A stretch of 64,000 bases of DNA from Bacilli bacterium (GCA_022652945.1 JALCRV010000011.1:6297-70296), one strand, 5' to 3'. Counted from the first letter of the stretch, positions 18,960 through 29,647 are shown. Notes: a model not told the origin generated them from the letters alone. Program-made: numbers and translations.

Positions 18960-20459
18960 CTATTTTGCCGATTCTTTCTTCGCTTTTTTCCGTCTGATAA
19001 AATAGAAGATCAGCCACATCAAGAGGGTAGAAAAAGCAAAGCCGGCAAAATCAGTGCCGATATCTTCCCAGGTCATGTAACGCCCCGGGACAAAATATTG
19101 GATTAGTTCGGAAGTTAAGGCTAAAAAGAAACCGTATAAAAGACAACTTAGTCCGATAACCCAGTCCTTCTTCTCAGGGAGAAAAACAAAGCTGAAGGAA
19201 AGGAATCCGAAAATCCCAGTCACCATAAATAAAGCAAAATGACCAATGAGTTTTCTAAAAAGAAGTTGGAAATCCGCGAAATTAAGCTTTCCATTATTAT
19301 CAATGGTGAGTTCTTTGCTGGCGGAGATTTTATCATCACCTGTCCAAGTAACCGTCACAGTAACTTTTCCGTCTTTATATCCTGTTAAAAACATTCCATT
19401 AAATGAAGCAACGGTCTCATCAGAGGACGTAAATGTAAAGACTGTATTGTCCGGAATCCGATTGAGTGGATAGGAAACCAATGTCAAAGCTAACGAGGTA
19501 GCTTGGTAAGCGGGAACTTTTTCAGTTGCGATTTCTAATGAAGTGATAATTACAGGAGCGATAGTCAGATCAAAAGAGACAGCAATTGAAGAATCCACAT
19601 AGGAAGCGATAGTGATTTTGACGGTCCCCGATTTTTTGGCTGAATAGTTTCCGTGGGGATTAAGATCAATATATGAATTGTCAGAGCAGGTGCAAAAATA
19701 GTTTATATCGTCAGTTGCAGAATCAAAAACCGGCTCGAAAACTCCAGCATCTTGGTTATAAATTTTCTTCTGTCCTTCATATCTGATGTTTGTGGGTTTG
19801 TTAAAAACACCCTCCGTGACTTTTAAAGTCACTTGGGTAGTAATCGAAGAGGAATAAGAAGGACAGGAAACGGAAAAAGTCACCTCACCCATCTTTAAAG
19901 TCTTGATATAACCATATTTATCAACCTTGGCGATAGTATCATCGCTTGATAGGTATGTAAATTCATCTTGGCTGAGGGGAAGATTGGGAAAACAGGTGAG
20001 GTAACAGGTCTCACCTTGCACTACTGATTCTTTGCTTAATTGAACCTTCAGTTCAGTTAGTGTATCTCTTTTAACTGTAATCTTTTTTGTAGCTTCAATT
20101 TGAGCGTTGACAACTGAGGTCGCTTTTAAAGTTACCTTTCCAGAAGCTAAAGCGGTTAAGTTACCTAGACCATCGATTTCCGCTACGCTAGGATCTGAAA
20201 TATTCCAAACAACATTTTTATTAGTGCAATTGGCCGGTAGAACTTCAGCTGTATAGGTGGTTTTTTGGTCCTCTACGATTTCATCTGGACCCTTAATCGT
20301 TATGCTTGTGGGATCCGTGATTTTTTTGCCGGAATAGAAAATCTGGGCTAAGCCGATGCTTTGCTCACCCGAGGCCTTCCCTGGGACACAGGCTTCACCA
20401 ATGATAAAAAGTGAAAGGAGAGCAAAGAAGATTACAAAAAATAAATTCACCTTTTTCAT
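18960..20459 (-). CDS. VanZ-family membrane protein with inserted Ig-like (Big_2) repeats
   Basis: N-terminal TM + SGEQS, repeats such as VVWNISDPSVAEID and SSDDTIAKVD, C-terminal RKLIGHFALF...SELIQYFVPGR...DIGTD. Confidence 0.85.
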   Translation of the reverse strand: MKKVNLFFVIFFALLSLFIIGEACVPGKASGEQSIGLAQIFYSGKKITDPTSITIKGPDEIVEDQKTTYTAEVLPANCTNKNVVWNISDPSVAEIDGLGNLTALASGKVTLKATSVVNAQIEATKKITVKRDTLTELKVQLSKESVVQGETCYLTCFPNLPLSQDEFTYLSSDDTIAKVDKYGYIKTLKMGEVTFSVSCPSYSSSITTQVTLKVTEGVFNKPTNIRYEGQKKIYNQDAGVFEPVFDSATDDINYFCTCSDNSYIDLNPHGNYSAKKSGTVKITIASYVDSSIAVSFDLTIAPVIITSLEIATEKVPAYQATSLALTLVSYPLNRIPDNTVFTFTSSDETVASFNGMFLTGYKDGKVTVTVTWTGDDKISASKELTIDNNGKLNFADFQLLFRKLIGHFALFMVTGIFGFLSFSFVFLPEKKDWVIGLSCLLYGFFLALTSELIQYFVPGRYMTWEDIGTDFAGFAFSTLLMWLIFYFIRRKKAKKESAK

Positions 20460-20640
20460 ATAAGGATATTCTATCACCGAAAATGGGCTCATATGGGAGG
20501 AAAAAGATGTAATTTAAATTTCCAATGCAGGACATTGTTTAATATGAGTGAATTTAAAAAACCGAATCCAAAAAAACAAAAACGTTAGCACTCAAACCTT
20601 CTGCTAAATAAGCAAATTAATGTAATCAGTTTTTTTCTCT

Positions 20641-21564
20641 TTATAAATACGTTTGGTTGATAACCGTAAGCTGGATAGAAGAATTATCGATAGCGAAAGT
20701 CAGGTAATAATTCTTGAACTGATTAAAACCAGTCGTCGAATCTCCTTCGCCGACAACTTCAGGGATGGTGTAGTTCAATAATGCACCACCAGTGGTCTTA
20801 ACCTGGAAGATTAAAGTGTACCGATGTCCGACAAAATAGGTGAAATCTATGTCTTTTTTCTTTGTCGTTTCATCTTTCAACTCAATCTGCCAGAAATCTT
20901 GATATTCTTTGGCTGTATCGGTGATATTTGGATTCTTTAAGCCATACTGGAAATCCTTATCAGCAAGCTGGAAGATAATGGACTGGACATTGTCAACAGG
21001 GACTTTAGTCCAATCAAGCTTAACAGTTTCGTGATAGACCGGGGCTTCGACTTCTCCGAAAGGAACGACTGTCAGTTTCTTAATGATCGTGCCTTCGCTG
21101 GAGACGTTATCGGATTTAAGATGAATCTTTATATAAACAACTCCGGTCTTTAAGACATTCTTTAGCTGGATTCTCACATCAAGGTCGATCGCCAGCCCGG
21201 TTTTTCGACTGTTCTCGTAAGTGAAGCTTAAAGCCTCCTGAGGGATGATGCTTGTATCCGAGGACTCTAATTCTCTTAGGCTCACTTGGGTCGTATTTTG
21301 CCAGTCGTAGTTGATCTTGATATCAAAGTATGGATTATATTCATAGCCAGTCTGATAAAGGCTTAATTGGTCAGGGCAGTTGATGGTTAGTCCACCATCG
21401 GAAAGCTGTTCGTTCCAAACCACTTCGGAACTGGAAGTGTTGGCTAGAGCAACGGAACTTGAATCCTTAGAAGAGGAAGTCGCTGTGGCTAGTGAAGAGG
21501 AAGAGTTATTGCAGCCCGCTAAGAGAAGAAGAGATAAAGCCATGACACCAAATATTTTTTTCAT
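20641..21564 (-). CDS. Hypothetical lipoprotein
   Basis: Lipobox LLAGC then Ser-rich linker; RBS AAGGAG. Confidence 0.8.
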   Translation of the reverse strand: MKKIFGVMALSLLLLAGCNNSSSSLATATSSSKDSSSVALANTSSSEVVWNEQLSDGGLTINCPDQLSLYQTGYEYNPYFDIKINYDWQNTTQVSLRELESSDTSIIPQEALSFTYENSRKTGLAIDLDVRIQLKNVLKTGVVYIKIHLKSDNVSSEGTIIKKLTVVPFGEVEAPVYHETVKLDWTKVPVDNVQSIIFQLADKDFQYGLKNPNITDTAKEYQDFWQIELKDETTKKKDIDFTYFVGHRYTLIFQVKTTGGALLNYTIPEVVGEGDSTTGFNQFKNYYLTFAIDNSSIQLTVINQTYL

Positions 21565-21983
21565 CTTAAGACTCCTTACGGTTAAAATTATACCACCAAT
21601 AAAAGAACAACTTAATTTTTATTAATGCCAAAAAGTAAAAGTGACAGAAATGTAAAAAGCTAACAATGCTGCTTTAATAGTAAATATACGAATTTAATTG
21701 ATACTTAGCTACGGTATCCATATGTTTCTATTAATTAGTCTTTACCTAGGGCCACTCATTTTGTTGTTTCGGGTTTAGCTTATTTAGATAAAGATCTAGG
21801 TTTGGAAAATTGGTTAATTAAATATGTCTAGTATAAGGATTGCTATCAGTAAATTGGCTTTTAAATAAAAAACGACATTTAGTTATGTGAATCTTTTTTT
21901 GATACAGTCCATTCCTATACTTGGTTTTAAAGTTAAATAACCTTTTGGATATTAAACTTAAGAAAGGATTAAAGAATACTGAT

Positions 21984-22472
21984 ATGAAAATGAAAAGGCT
22001 GATTTTGGTTCCTCTGATGGCCGTTTGCTTATTCGGGATGACAAGTTGCGGAAAAACGGAAGTAGAAACCGTTTCGAAAATCATTTCTTATCTGAAGACG
22101 CAGTCTAACAATTCCTTGAAGGTAGATTCTATTACGACAGTTACTTATGAAGTTGAATCCACTAATAAAGAGGAATTAATCAGGATGAAAGAAGAAAAGA
22201 AACTCTTCAGCAGTAAACTAACCGTATCCGCTGGTTGGTGGTTGGATGGGGGAGAATCGGGTTATATTATGTACTTCGTTGGTACCGATGCGACTGCCAC
22301 GCATTTCAAAGATCCTGTTTCCCAATATAGAAAGACTGGCTCGGTCACGGGGAGCGGAGATGATGCTGAGTATGGTCATGCTGACGCTGGTGACTGCCAG
22401 CGTATGACTGATTTACTTGTTTCCTGCGATGAGGCCATTAAGAAGGCTTGCGGGATTTCCCTTAGAGACTGA
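21984..22472 (+). CDS. Hypothetical lipoprotein
   Basis: MKMKRLILVPLMAVCLFGMTSC lipobox; hairpin + U-tract downstream. Confidence 0.75.
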   Translation: MKMKRLILVPLMAVCLFGMTSCGKTEVETVSKIISYLKTQSNNSLKVDSITTVTYEVESTNKEELIRMKEEKKLFSSKLTVSAGWWLDGGESGYIMYFVGTDATATHFKDPVSQYRKTGSVTGSGDDAEYGHADAGDCQRMTDLLVSCDEAIKKACGISLRD

Positions 22473-22759
22473 TATCAATTAAAAAAAACAAGTTTTACTG
22501 TAAGTTTCCTTATAGATCGCTAGGAAAAAATCCGGCGATCTTTTTTAATCTTGATTTTAGTGCACTTGAAATTTACGTTGCTGATCAAGACATACTAATC
22601 GGGAAGTGAAGTTCTGATATCTAAATCAAGTCAGATACTGCCATGCCTTCTCAGGTTGAGAGATCAAAATCATCCTTAGAATATTATTGTGCAGGAAGGA
22701 AATTCTATGAACAAAACCTAAGTCGGTTTGCTATACTAGAAAACGATAGGAGAAGAAAA

Positions 22760-23311
22760 ATGGAAAACGAAAAAAGCGCTGATCAAAAAGCCGTGGAAGA
22801 GCAAACTGATACTACCCAGAAGGAATGTTCTTTTTCTTATAAGAAACAGGATTCGTTGAAATGCTTTCCTAAATACTTCTTCTTAAGACACTATTTCCTG
22901 CTGATTATCGGTTTGGTCTTAGCGGTAATAGGTGGGCTTTGCTTTTTGCCCGGTTTTGCTTCAAAAGACCCTTCTTGGCAATCAGCGGTTTCCGTCTTTA
23001 TTTTCTCCGCTGTTATTTTTATTCTTTATTTCGCACTCCTGATTCGCGATCGCTCAATGGTTAGACGTTCCTTGATCGGCACTCCTGATACCGCTTCGGT
23101 CGTGCTAAGCAGTAAAAACCATCTGACGATTCAAATCAATGGCAAGACAGCTTTTGAGAACGTGGTCGAAGGTGAAGAAGGGTATTCTTTAGTTAAAGAT
23201 AAAGAATGGTACTTCATCACAATCCGTAAACTTTACTATATGCCTATCCCGCGTAACGAAATAACTAAAGCAGTTCTTCTCGCTTCCGGAATCAGCGGCA
23301 AAAAGCTTTAA
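22760..23311 (+). CDS. Two-TM membrane protein, YcxB-like architecture
   Basis: RBS AGGAG; two hydrophobic helices then a beta-rich soluble domain ending YYMPIPR. Confidence 0.65.
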   Translation: MENEKSADQKAVEEQTDTTQKECSFSYKKQDSLKCFPKYFFLRHYFLLIIGLVLAVIGGLCFLPGFASKDPSWQSAVSVFIFSAVIFILYFALLIRDRSMVRRSLIGTPDTASVVLSSKNHLTIQINGKTAFENVVEGEEGYSLVKDKEWYFITIRKLYYMPIPRNEITKAVLLASGISGKKL

Positions 23312-23473
23312 TCAATTTAGTGGAAAAGACTTTCAAGAAGGAAGACTTTTTCTTTGTGCTTTAATAGACCTAAAGAAAGCCAATCATTATTCAAAGACAT
23401 CTGGAAAAAATGAGAAAAAAGTTGATGGGTTCTTTTGCTTTTGCCTTACAATAGAAGGCGGAGGTTTTTATAT

Positions 23474-24403
23474 ATGGCTTCATCCTTTGAGGATTTAAGA
23501 ATCGTCGATAATTTTTACCAGACATCGGCTTTTTATCCGATGCCGACGATTTTAATCGGAACCGTCAATGACGACGGAACGACAAATTTGGGCGCTTACT
23601 CTCTCTGCTTTCCTTACTACATCGCTGGGAAGGAGTATTATGCGATGGTCTTAGAATGTCGTAATTCTTCTCATACTGCTCAAAATCTTTTGAGAAATGG
23701 CCATTGCTCACTTAATTTTCTTGAAGATAAGAGAAAAGATTTTGCGGAGACTGTTAAACTTGGCTTCCCAGGGGAAGAAAGCAAGGACAAGATGAAACGT
23801 TGTCCCTTCGTTTTAGAAAAAGGTCAAGCGGAAGGAGAAGATAGGCCCTTAGTTATTCAGAAGGCTTACCAAGTCTTCGAATGCACTTGGGACGATCAGT
23901 TAGAGAAGGCATATGAAGATAAGGCCAAAAGAGGACAACTGGAAGGTGTGGAAGGTCCTTACCATGATTTTAATGGCATCACCAGTAAGTTTGGTTGTCA
24001 CTTTATCTTGAAAATCGATAAAATCCTGATGAAGAAGAAATTTAAGGACACGATCATCAATGGGGTTAAAGCCCGTGGATTCCCGAAAGTCCCTGTGGAT
24101 TACGGGTATCGTGATTCCTTGTATTTCTGGTACGAGCCTTTTAGAAGACCGATTAAAAATCCTATTCCTGCAGGAAAGGAAGCGGATATTCAATCAGTTA
24201 TGTACGCCGCTAACCGCATGGATGACAAGATTAAGTTCTCTAAAGATGCTTGCCAGATGTTGGTTAGAGTCCCACGTATTTTCTTAAAAGCAGCTTTACA
24301 AGGTTGTGTCGATTGGGCTAAAGAAAACCATGTGACTTTAATCACACCCGTAGAAATGAAAATTATTAATGACAAACGTGCGCAAGAGAAAAAGGAACGC
24401 TAG
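23474..24403 (+). CDS. Flavin reductase-like (FMN split-barrel) protein with C-terminal PCP_red-like domain
   Basis: YPMPTILIGTV..DGTTNLGAYS, SHTAQNL..NGHCSLNF; C-terminus FSKDACQMLVRVPRIFLKAAL..WAKENHVTLIT. Confidence 0.75.
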   Translation: MASSFEDLRIVDNFYQTSAFYPMPTILIGTVNDDGTTNLGAYSLCFPYYIAGKEYYAMVLECRNSSHTAQNLLRNGHCSLNFLEDKRKDFAETVKLGFPGEESKDKMKRCPFVLEKGQAEGEDRPLVIQKAYQVFECTWDDQLEKAYEDKAKRGQLEGVEGPYHDFNGITSKFGCHFILKIDKILMKKKFKDTIINGVKARGFPKVPVDYGYRDSLYFWYEPFRRPIKNPIPAGKEADIQSVMYAANRMDDKIKFSKDACQMLVRVPRIFLKAALQGCVDWAKENHVTLITPVEMKIINDKRAQEKKER

Positions 24404-24465
24404 ACGTTCCTTTTTCATTGAGCTTCTGTCAGCGATTTTGCTTTGGTTTATCTAATTTCCGGGTT

Positions 24466-26865
24466 TTACTCATAGCAGGAAATAGTCAGCTTCCCGTAAT
24501 TGGAAGTATAAGTCTTTTCGCCATAAATCCAAGAGATTTGATAATAGCAATCGACATTCCGTCCATTAGGCATGACTTTTCCGTTCCATTGACTAACATC
24601 GTTAGCGACGGGGACTAAATAATCAAAACCGGTAAGCTCCACATAAGTTTCCTCGACTTTGGAAAAATAATGGAAAGTCTGATTTAGATAATTCTTCCAC
24701 TGGTGGAAAGAAACCGGCAGGGGAGCAAAAGCCAGAGGGAGCTCATAAACTCCGAAAGTCTGAATGCTTAAAGGGCCGGCGTTCAAACTAGCAAAATGGC
24801 CATCGTAGCCGTTCTCCAAAGAAGTTTTAACTTGATTAACTTGGACTGTGAGGAAGATAGCTTCATAAGTCGATTCGACATTTGAGTAACCGACAAAGTA
24901 ACCATAGGCCTGATAGGAAGCGTAAGAATCAGTAAAAACTCCTTCCAGAGGATCGGTCTTTTCAACATCGGGGTAGAAGAAACCGACAGGACTCCATTCA
25001 TTTTTTTGCATCATCAGGTAAGACTTGTCATAACAGAGGCATTCGTCGAATTTAACTAACGGTGCTTGGTTAGGATTTAAAGAAGCTAAATTGGTAAACT
25101 TCTCAATGGAGGTCGACTGGCTTAAATCAACATCTTCCACCGTCGGGATGTTCTCACTTAATTTTGTTAAAGAGGAAAGGACGAAGACGTTAAGATCAGT
25201 TTTTTGAGCAGAACCTTTTCCCAAGGTGCCGAGGAAACGGTAATACTCTCCGGCTTTGACTTGACTGGTGTGGCTTCCGTAATCGTCGAAGACAACAAGC
25301 TTATTTGTCCCATCCGTGATAATTAGATAAGGGGAGCAATTGACCACTACAACCCCTTTAAGGGCGGCCTTTGTACCGATTTCCAGCTCGCTAAACCCTT
25401 TAAGATCTGTAGTGACTATTGAAGAAAATTTAGTAAAATCTGCAGAGCAGTAGATAAAGTTAGCTGCCGAGGCATTTCCGCCGATAAAGTATCCGCTGAT
25501 ATTCGCCCCATCTTGAATATCTGCTTCCTGACGGTTATAGACGATAACAGAATAAGTGACATCCTCATATTTAACGTTGATGTAGATGGAATTTGTCTCC
25601 CATCTAGTGACGTTAACACTGCTCAAGGTGACTTTAACGGAAGGAAGTTTCTTAGTAGAGTCCGATTGATAAACACTGAAATATTCATTTAGTTTTGCTT
25701 TGTCATTTAATGCGAGTGAGGTTTGATCAATCGTCGGACGTTTTAACTCAAAATTCACATAATCCATCCTGATTGCTTGAAGTGAGCCATCTTTTTGGAC
25801 GGCGGCAGCTACCTCAAGATAATCACCGACCGCATAAGTCCCATGGACTTCCTTGAAGAAATCGGAGACTAGAACCCTTTCTTCGCCATCATCGAGGAGG
25901 TAGTTACTGAAATAACTGCCTAAAACGACGCCCTTAAAAGAGACGAGTTTTCCAGCTTGCTCATTCCTTACTTCTTTTAAGGTTTTTGCTGCGAATGGAG
26001 TAACTGATTTCTCATAATCAGAAATAATAGTATTTAAGGTTCCGTAGTCGGAACTGATAACATAAAAACTCAATGAATAAAGATCTTCGTTCGTGTAATT
26101 GGCTTTTTCCTCCGTTTCGAAATTGCCGGAGAATTCCTTTTGATCATAACCAGGGAGATAGAAAGAACCGTTCATGTATTCTGAATAATATCTGACGATT
26201 ACATCATCAACTTTATAGGTCAACGAAGCGGGGGCTGTATTTCTTCCTTTTAGACCCATATCGCCTGAATTGCTTTCGTTAGCGAGTTTAAATAACTCTT
26301 CATACGAAATAGAAACGGCGGGTTTTAAACTTGGCTTAGTTTCCTGGGGAAGTTTAGTAAACGTAAAACCTTCAGCAATGACCACGGAAGTGGAAGTCCC
26401 ATCCCCGTTTTGGGTTGTACCTTTGATATTCAAATAATCACCGATAGAAATTGAGGATAAGGTATTATTTTCCTTTTTGATCCTGCCTTTTGCTGGCAAT
26501 GAAGTATTTTCTTTCAGACAGAAAATGACATTATTTCCGTCATCGATTAAAAAGCCCTGATGAGTAATGGCTGTAACGACTCCGTTAAACTCCACCTTCT
26601 TATCTACGCCCGAAGTGTAAATCTCATCTACCGTTATCCCGGTGGTAAGACTAGAAGAAACCGAACTGGTTGTACTTGCTTGTGATGAGACACTGTTTGA
26701 TACATTATTAGAAGAAGAGCCATTAAGGGAATTTGCCAAGCTTACAGCGCTGCTTTGATTTGATGAGACTAGGGAATTAGCCGAGGAAGTATTGCCTTGG
26801 CAACCGGTTAAAGAAACCAAAGCGGTTAAAAGAAAGGAGGCGAGGATTAAATTCTTTTTGCTCAT
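24466..26865 (-). CDS. Large lipoprotein with repeated OB-fold-like modules
   Basis: Lipobox LTGC, Ser-rich linker, three GVV...(L/I)DDG/TDG...V..GDY repeats. Confidence 0.8.
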   Translation of the reverse strand: MSKKNLILASFLLTALVSLTGCQGNTSSANSLVSSNQSSAVSLANSLNGSSSNNVSNSVSSQASTTSSVSSSLTTGITVDEIYTSGVDKKVEFNGVVTAITHQGFLIDDGNNVIFCLKENTSLPAKGRIKKENNTLSSISIGDYLNIKGTTQNGDGTSTSVVIAEGFTFTKLPQETKPSLKPAVSISYEELFKLANESNSGDMGLKGRNTAPASLTYKVDDVIVRYYSEYMNGSFYLPGYDQKEFSGNFETEEKANYTNEDLYSLSFYVISSDYGTLNTIISDYEKSVTPFAAKTLKEVRNEQAGKLVSFKGVVLGSYFSNYLLDDGEERVLVSDFFKEVHGTYAVGDYLEVAAAVQKDGSLQAIRMDYVNFELKRPTIDQTSLALNDKAKLNEYFSVYQSDSTKKLPSVKVTLSSVNVTRWETNSIYINVKYEDVTYSVIVYNRQEADIQDGANISGYFIGGNASAANFIYCSADFTKFSSIVTTDLKGFSELEIGTKAALKGVVVVNCSPYLIITDGTNKLVVFDDYGSHTSQVKAGEYYRFLGTLGKGSAQKTDLNVFVLSSLTKLSENIPTVEDVDLSQSTSIEKFTNLASLNPNQAPLVKFDECLCYDKSYLMMQKNEWSPVGFFYPDVEKTDPLEGVFTDSYASYQAYGYFVGYSNVESTYEAIFLTVQVNQVKTSLENGYDGHFASLNAGPLSIQTFGVYELPLAFAPLPVSFHQWKNYLNQTFHYFSKVEETYVELTGFDYLVPVANDVSQWNGKVMPNGRNVDCYYQISWIYGEKTYTSNYGKLTISCYE

Positions 26866-27602
26866 AAGTTGGTTTTCTCCTGCAGTGATAAATTAATAAA
26901 TAACGTATCTAATAATATTTTACCGTGCCAAAGAATTTAAAATTAAAAAAGCGCGATTTAAAGGAATATTTACCCTTTAAGGCAAAAAAGGCAAAAAAAT
27001 AACACCCGAAAGGATGAAAACAAGTCTAACCTTTAGTTCTCACCGTTTTTTTAATGGGCGCTTGGGAAGCCCTAAATGGAAATATCCAGCGTTACTTAAG
27101 CGTCTTCCCTTGAAAAGGTCGTTACATTGCTGCTTACCAACTGGATGTGGATTATTTTGCTTCTTTGATTTCCTCTTCTTCCTCTTCCTCTTCGGCCTCC
27201 TCTTAATTCTTCTTATTGTTAAAAAGGCGCTTTTTGTCTGATCTTAGTGTGATCTATTAAAAGGTTGACTTTTATGGATATTTTCAAGACTCATGGTAAG
27301 ATTATCTATAGCCTAACTGATTTTAGAAAAGAGTATGTATTTTGACATTATGAAAGACGGTATTTTTTGTCCTTACTAGTCAAGACCAACTATCAGATAA
27401 TAAGTGAAATCGGTTATGCTGATACTGCTAAGGTTTAAGGTCACGAGTCGAAGTCGTTATGGAGGCCACTCTTAGTTCTGATTCATCTACTTACGCCTGC
27501 AAGAAGATCTTCGTCTTAATCATTCAGGCTATTTTTAAGCCCCTAGGTTAATCAGAAAATAAGCATGTTTATGTTTATTAAAATAAGGAAGGGAGTCAAG
27601 AT

Positions 27603-28550
27603 ATGGAAGCTATTGGAATTGATATCGGCGGAACTTCCTTTAAGATTGGCTTAGTTGATGGAAAGGGAAAACTTCTGGACTCTTTTTCTTATCCGGTCGA
27701 TCATCTTAAGAACCAGGAAGACCAGATTAACGAACTCGGGGAGAAAATTAACGATTTTCTTCAGAAAAAGGAAATCGGGAAATCCGAAATTATCGGGATT
27801 GGCATCGGCTGCCCGGGCTCGATTGATTCCTCGACGGGCTTTTGTGATTACTCGAATAATTTAAAATGGTCGCATCTTAATGTCTGCGGGATTTTGGCAA
27901 GGATTACAAGTATCAAATGCCGAATCTCTAACGATGCGAATGTCGCCTGCCTCGGGGAAGTGAAGTTTGGTGTAGCAAGAAAATATAAAAATGTCGTGAT
28001 GCTGACCCTCGGGACCGGGATTGGGTCCGGGATTGTCATCGATGGCAAACTTTATGAAGGAAACCAAGGCAAGGGAGCAGAATGTGGGCACGAAGTTATC
28101 AAGATGAACGGAAGAAAGTGCACCTGCGGACGAAGAGGCTGCTTTGAAGCCTATGCTTCCGCGACCGCTTTAATTAAAGACACGAAAGCTAAGATGCGTA
28201 AGCATAAGGATTCCTTAATGTGGGATTACGTCAAACAGGATATTGAATCAGTCGGTGGCAAAACCGCTTTTGAATGTGCAAAAAAAGGCGATAAGGCTGC
28301 CATTGAAGTCCGAGATAGATATTGCTTCTATTTAGCGGAAGGTATTTTAAATATCTGCAGCATATTCCGCCCGGAATGTATCATTTTGGGAGGTGGAGTC
28401 TCGAATCAAAAAGAGTATCTGCTAAATAACCTGGTGCCTTTATTGGAAAAGGCTAACTATGGATTTGGCTTAGGGCCTAAAGTCGAAATACTTATCGCTG
28501 AACTTGGGAATCAGGCAGGGATGATTGGAGCGGCCTCGTTGTTGTTTTAA
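27603..28550 (+). CDS. glk: ROK-family glucokinase
   Basis: IGIDIGGT, NDAN, LGTGIGSG, GH...CTCGRRGCFEAYAS, AGMIGAA. Confidence 0.92.
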   Translation: MEAIGIDIGGTSFKIGLVDGKGKLLDSFSYPVDHLKNQEDQINELGEKINDFLQKKEIGKSEIIGIGIGCPGSIDSSTGFCDYSNNLKWSHLNVCGILARITSIKCRISNDANVACLGEVKFGVARKYKNVVMLTLGTGIGSGIVIDGKLYEGNQGKGAECGHEVIKMNGRKCTCGRRGCFEAYASATALIKDTKAKMRKHKDSLMWDYVKQDIESVGGKTAFECAKKGDKAAIEVRDRYCFYLAEGILNICSIFRPECIILGGGVSNQKEYLLNNLVPLLEKANYGFGLGPKVEILIAELGNQAGMIGAASLLF

Positions 28551-28708
28551 TCTTAATGCTCTCTTAAACTGTTTGCGAATATTGACTGAAGATTTGCAGG
28601 AACTTTTGGTTGATTTATTCTTTTCAACAGATGGTAAAGAGTGTCTTAAACCTACTAGACGGAAAATCCATTAATCGGGTATCTTAAAAGACGAAAGAGT
28701 GGATTTTT

Positions 28709-29647
28709 ATGAAAAAAGCTTTGCTGGCTCTGATTATCGGTCTGTCGGTCATCGCCTGTCCTATCCTCTATTTCCTCGTCGGGCCCGCTTTAGATCAAAA
28801 GGAACTGGGTATCCTTTATATTATTCTGATCATCGCTGGGGCTAGCGCCCTTTATTGCTTCGTAGCCGGAGAGTTAGCTCATAATAACTCCCAGATGGAT
28901 AAACTCTGGAGTTTGCTTCCGGAGACTTATCTCTGGATTATCGCTCTTAAAGGCGGAATGAGCCCCAGGCTTATTGTGATGGCCTCCTTAGCGACTCTTT
29001 GGGGCTTACGCTTAACCTTTAACTTTGCTCGTAAAGGTGCTTACCATTGGAAATTCTGGACCGGGAAGGAAGACTACCGTTGGCAAGTCCTCCGTTCCAG
29101 AAAGGAATTCCAACCTCATTGGAAATGGTTGGTCTTCAATCTGCTTTTTATCTCCATCTATCAGAACCTTCTGATCGTGATGATTACGCTTCCGGCCTTA
29201 GTCTCTATCGATTCGACTTTAGCCTTCGGTTGGATTGATTATCTCGCTGCTGGTTTGATGTTCTTCTTTATCGTTTATGAAACTATTGCCGATGAACAGC
29301 AATGGGCCTTCCAAACCAAGAAATGGAATATGCTGAAGGAAGGGAAAAAGTTAGAAGAACTGCCGAGTCCTTATAATAAAGGCTTTAATACCACGGGCTT
29401 ATGGGGAAGAAGCCGCCATCCTAATTATCTAGCTGAACAAGCTATTTGGATCGCTTTCTATGTCTTCAGCATCGGGGCGGGGATCGGCATCTTTAACTGG
29501 AGCATCATCGGAGCACTTTTATTGGTCGTTCTCTTCCTCGGGTCTTCTTCTTTCGCGGAAGAAATCAGTTCCTCTAAGTATCCTGAATATGCCTCTTATA
29601 AGAAAAAAGTCTCGAAATTCTTCCCGTGGAAGAAGTATCAGGACTGA
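28709..29647 (+). CDS. DUF1295 (steroid 5-alpha-reductase-like) membrane protein
   Basis: SQMDKLWS, WGLRL, EDYRW, ETIADEQQW.F, GLWGRSRHPNY.AE. Confidence 0.9.
   Translation: MKKALLALIIGLSVIACPILYFLVGPALDQKELGILYIILIIAGASALYCFVAGELAHNNSQMDKLWSLLPETYLWIIALKGGMSPRLIVMASLATLWGLRLTFNFARKGAYHWKFWTGKEDYRWQVLRSRKEFQPHWKWLVFNLLFISIYQNLLIVMITLPALVSIDSTLAFGWIDYLAAGLMFFFIVYETIADEQQWAFQTKKWNMLKEGKKLEELPSPYNKGFNTTGLWGRSRHPNYLAEQAIWIAFYVFSIGAGIGIFNWSIIGALLLVVLFLGSSSFAEEISSSKYPEYASYKKKVSKFFPWKKYQD

Noticed and set aside
27000-27150. Riboswitch or T-box upstream of the 26865 lipoprotein
   Set aside because: Hairpins are present but I could not match T-box, c-di-GMP, SAM, TPP or other conserved cores
27014-27241. 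75-aa plus-strand ORF with hydrophobic tail
   Set aside because: The hydrophobic tail is the antisense reading of a GAA/GAG-rich acidic gene remnant; no convincing RBS spacing
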